Part shown: positions 58,901 to 64,000 of the stretch, piece after piece
Position numbering within the stretch: position 1 is the first letter of the stretch
How the letters are laid out: every line of letters starts with the position of its first letter
Source: the human T2T-CHM13v2.0 reference genome, Homo sapiens
Length of the DNA stretch: 64,000 bases
Assembly: GCF_009914755.1 (NCBI RefSeq)
Contig: NC_060937.1
Direction: 5' to 3' (one strand)
The notes under the pieces: generated by a model
Told to the model about the DNA's origin: nothing
Seen by the model: the letters and a program-made list of their open reading frames with translations, nothing else
The model's database searches: none
Position numbers and translations under genes: made by a program

Positions 58901-61020
58901 GATGTGATGACAGTGTTCTATATCTTTTTGGGAGAGGAATAGCCATTACTCGGGTATATACATTTATAAAAACTCATTGACTTGTACATTAAAAATCTGT
59001 ACTTCACTGTATATGCATTTTACCTAAAGTAGGGGGAGGTAGTAGTTGGTTACTTGGAATATGCATTTATCATAACTCTGAATTGTACATTTAAAATCTG
59101 TACTTTACATACATTTTATCTTAAGAAAAAAAACCAGGGTTGGGTTGAAATGAGTATAATAGGAGAAAAACCAGATTGGTCTAGAATGAAGTTTTTGACC
59201 AGTAATTGAATATAGATGTTTACGCACAATTCACTGAGTTAAGAGTAGTAAGGCGTGGCTTTTAGAATGAATTAGATCTTTGTTACTCAAGTGTGGTTGC
59301 ATCATAGTACCTGGGAGCTTCTTAGAAATGGGAAATTTCAGACCCCACCCCCAAAACCTTTTAACAAGATCCCTGCTTATTCATAAGCAATAAATTAAGC
59401 TGGAAGCACTAGATTAGATTAGTTAAGCATTTTTAACAAGATCCCTTCTTATTCATAAGCAATAAATTAAGTTTGGGAAGCACTAGATTAGAAAAATAGA
59501 CTATAACGAGGAAAATAACTTCGGAAGATATTTAAGCTTACCATTATTCTACAGTGAAAAGGGCATGGGTGAAATGTTGGCAATAGGGATGAAAAAATAA
59601 TCTGAAACAATTTGATAGACTGTATATGCAGATGATGCTTACCATACCAATAATAACGACCCACATATTCTATTCTTGTTACATTATCTTTTCTGTGTTA
59701 TCTTAAATATTTTAAACATTCCTAAGCAGTTTTCTGCCTGTTGCCTTGCTGGATTTCTCTTAATTATATGATTTCTTAATAGATCCTAAATCAGTGGCAC
59801 ATTACCTAGAATTTACATAGTTTCTCAAAATATGCTGTGAGAAACACTAACTTTGCAGGACTCTTAATGGGTAAGAAAGATTTGAAGTCAAGTATCTTGA
59901 AAATATTGGGTTAAACAATTTTTTTGAAAGTTACAGGTATATTTGGAGGGGGGGCAATTATAGAATGCCTCAGTTTTTTCAAAAAATATTCCATGTATTA
60001 TGAACAACATTTTCTAAACATTTTAGGGAGCAGCACTTAGAGCTAGCCTTCTTTGGCACACAGTTTAAGGTGGTAGTCCCTTGTGGAACAGACAGCTTGA
60101 AAACTTTTCTTGCTTCTCTCTTAGGTTTATGTGTAAACTTCTAGTTCTCAACTCTATTCCCTACAATACTTTGTTTAGTCACTTTCTTAAAACTTGGCAC
60201 TTGTAGAAAAGATTAATAGTTTACTTTGTGTGAAAACTCGTGGAGACACTAAGGTTGATAAGTTGTGGGTTATTTCTGTATACTGCTGTTAATGACCGTG
60301 ATAGCGGGGAAAATAGAACTAAAATGAGAACTAGAACTAAATGTTTTTGCTTGGTGGACTTTTGAGAACATCATCTTTCACTGGGTATAATGGTTTGCTT
60401 TAAATTACTGAAACAGATGAGCTTTTATAAGCCCCATAATACTTAACCTGAATATTTTCAATGTTCATTTGTGAGTAAAGCAGAAATTACCTGTATTCTA
60501 TGGCAAGTCGAAGTTTAAGCTATCTTAAATGAAAACTATCTTTGATTCCTTATAAAAAATATTTGAACGAATCTGATTTAAATTTATTTTATTCCATCTT
60601 TGATTTGTGTGCAAGCCTTATTTGATAAGCTTTATCACTGGGCTGTGTATAACATACAACCTGCTTATTTAATGAAAATAGTAGAGCTTAAAAGGTATTT
60701 TTAGACATTAATGTTTGTCTACTACTGTATCTTTCAAAAGAAGCATTATAGGGCTTATGATTCCTCTGTTGGTGCTGGTAAGAATTGCAAAGAGGCATAT
60801 TTCCATCACTTTTTTAGAACTTTCCTATTCATAGAAATTTATTTCTTTTAGGTAAATCTTATGTAGGTATATATATGTATATATATGTGTGTATGTATAT
60901 ATATGTACACACATTCACACATGCATACCTTGAAAAGGCAAATAACCTTGGTTTAAATCCTCTATCTTATTTAAATCCATGACTGAAGTTAAGTAAAACC
61001 ACTTAGAAAAGTGTGTAATC

Positions 61021-61469
<449 letters not shown>

Positions 61470-63049
61470 TCAACAACATTGCTACTAAAAACGAAGTGTG
61501 GAATATACTCTTCAGATAGCAGCAAATGTTTTGTCATTTCCTTTGCTTCTGTTGATTTTCAAAAGTTTACCTCCTTAAAATACATAAACTATTGTGTTGT
61601 AGAAGATTCCACATGATGAAGGGCATTAATTTTCTTGTGCCACTGGTGCCAGTTGATCAGACCAACCTAACATGCCTCAGTTTCATGCATATTCTCACTT
61701 GTTTTCCTTCTGAATAAAAGTTATTCTAAATCTTTCTCTTGACTTCTTTGTTTAGGGTAGTGGTTCTGAACCTGTCTGTTGCTTCTACCTACTTGATAGG
61801 TGAGGGTCCTCAGTACAACATTTTTCCAGAGGCCACAACTAGATATTATATAGGAGGTTATAAAGACAAAGGCTGGATATTACGAGCAATTCCTTGTTGT
61901 CTAATTGATCAGGAAACCCCTGGTTTAGGGACACTAAATGTATATGACCTATACTGAAAACTACTTTGCAAAATTAATTTAAAATTGCTTAGAAATATAT
62001 AATGTAGCTCTTATAATCTACAAGGTAGATATGAATATAACTTGAATTATTTAAAATAAGAATCAGCTAAGTGATATGAATGGCACAATTTAATTATTTG
62101 GTTCAGAACTATACTCTTTATCAACATGTAAACATAGTTGATATTCAGATAAATAAGTTATGTTTAATAGTGTGTCCTTTAAGAGCTAAAGGATCTCTGT
62201 GTCCTGCACATGTTTTATGACTACAAGATGAAAACAAATTGCTTGAGGTTATATTTGTATCTTAAACATGAAAAACTTGAAGCACATGCAAAGGTTGTAA
62301 ATTAGACTGTTCTTTAAAAAATGTAGTAAAACCTGTCTGATGAAAAATTGCATTGCTTACTGAGAGTTCACCTGTGGGAGAAGATGACAAAAAAAAAAAA
62401 AAATTGCATCTGAATTTTCCTGTGTGGCTAAGCCAAGAAAGTACTTTTCCACAGGGTTATTTTCTTTATTCTCCCTGAATACTAAGTATTTGAAACCAGA
62501 AGTTCCTCCCATCTTCCACCACTACAGAAATAATATACATTTTATCCTAGTGTGCAGGGAATGTATGACAGGGAATGTTCTCTGTGCATATTTTTTGCCA
62601 TCAAGACCAAAACGTGATATTTCATGGTCAGGGTATAACTTAAAAGATGTATTCTTCTGAAGAGTTGACTTTAAAACAAAATGCAAATACCTTAAGTATT
62701 TTTTATATTAATATGATAGAGACATTAGTTCTTATAGCCACATTCTGGTACTATAATCAGGTACATTGAAGTATTCAAGATAAGAGCACAAAAGTACTGA
62801 TTTTAAGAACTTTAGAAAACATGGCTTATGGGCAATATAAACTTGAAGAATGTTTAAAGCAAACTATTTACTTCATGGTTTTAGTTTTTACCTTGTTTTT
62901 CCCATTTTGGAAGTCTAAAGCATGTACGTCAGTTGTTACAAGTATTCCAGTGAAGGCTTTTAGTTTTTGAAGGACTAGTAGGCATCTCCTGTTTTTTTTT
63001 GTTTGTTTGTTTTTAAATGGTGCATGAAATGCCAAGTGAAAGTGACTTC

Positions 63050-64000
63050 TTTTTTTTTTTAAATCTTTAACTTTTTGTTTTTACGGGTACATAGTAGGTG
63101 TATATATTTATGGGGTACATGAGATATTTTGATACAGGCATCCAATTTGGAATCATCACATCAGGGTAAATGGGGTATCTGTCACCTGAAGCATTTATCC
63201 TTTGTGTTACAACAGTCCACATATACTCTTAGTTATGTACAATTAAATGATTGACTATAGTCACACTGTTGTGGTATCAAATACTAATTCCTACTTTCTA
63301 ACTTTTTTTTGTGCCCATTAACCATCCCCACTCCCTCACTACCCTTCCCACCTTCAGGTAACCACCATTCTGTTCTCTATCTCCATGAGTTTAATTGTTT
63401 CAATTAATTTTTTAGCTCCCACAAATAAGTGGGAACATAGAATTTTGTCTTTGTGTCTGGCTTATTTCACTTGACAGAATGACTGCCAGTTCTATCCATG
63501 TTGTTGCAAATGACAGGATCTCATTCTTTTTATGGCTGAATAACACTCCTTTCTGTATAGTACCATGTTTTCTTTATCCTTTCATCTATTGATGGACACT
63601 TAGGTTGCTTTGAAATCTTGGCTGTTATGGATAGTGCTGCGCTAAACAGGCGAGTACAGATAATCTCTTCAATATACTGATTTTCTTTCTTTTGTATGTA
63701 TACTTAGCAATGGGATTGCTAAATTATAGGGTAGTCCTATTTTTAGTTTTTTGATGAATCTCCAAACTCTTCTCCATAGTGTTTGTACTAATTTACTTTC
63801 CCACCAACAGTGTATGAGGGTTCCTTTTTCTCTACATCCTCATTTTTATTGCCTGTCTTTTGGATAAAAGCCATTTTAACTGGGGTGAGATAATGTCTCA
63901 TCGTAGTTTTGATCTCCATTTCTCTAATGATCAGTGATGTTGCGCACCTTTTCATATTTGCCATTTGTGTGTCTTCTTTTGAGAAATGTCTGTTTAGATC
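63050..64000 (-). mobile_element. L1MA-type 3' end (continues beyond window)
   Basis: gggtacatagtaggtgtatatatttatggggtacatgagatattttgatacaggcat is L1MA 3' UTR text. Confidence 0.88.

Noticed and set aside
61610-61715. C/D box snoRNA (ATGATGA ... CTGA)
   Set aside because: No convincing terminal stem or recognisable rRNA guide, and not in a demonstrable intron.

Overview
Human (primate, Alu-rich) genomic DNA containing the complete UCHL3 gene (ubiquitin C-terminal hydrolase L3) on the + strand. Nine coding exons (1482-1523, 1637-1648, 12410-12538, 18309-18465, 18841-18926, 21074-21121, 46565-46640, 56420-56478, 57380-57463) splice in frame to 693 nt (230 aa + stop) with Q89, C95, H169 and D184 intact. 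The gene starts in a CpG island with NRF1/ETS motifs and ends at an ATTAAA signal. The rest is intron and flank, filled with Alu, L1, L2, MIR, LTR and DNA-transposon relics, including a near-full-length Tigger1 and a tailless 5S rRNA retropseudogene. Most ORFs in the supplied track are repeat-derived or spurious. The most interesting signal is in intron 6: a 192-nt, stop-free, in-frame candidate cassette exon (41560-41751) built from the antisense strand of an ancient RTE-type LINE 3' end, with unusually many CpGs. It would insert 64 aa into the substrate-filtering crossover loop. Repeat family names and most repeat boundaries were assigned by eye and are approximate.
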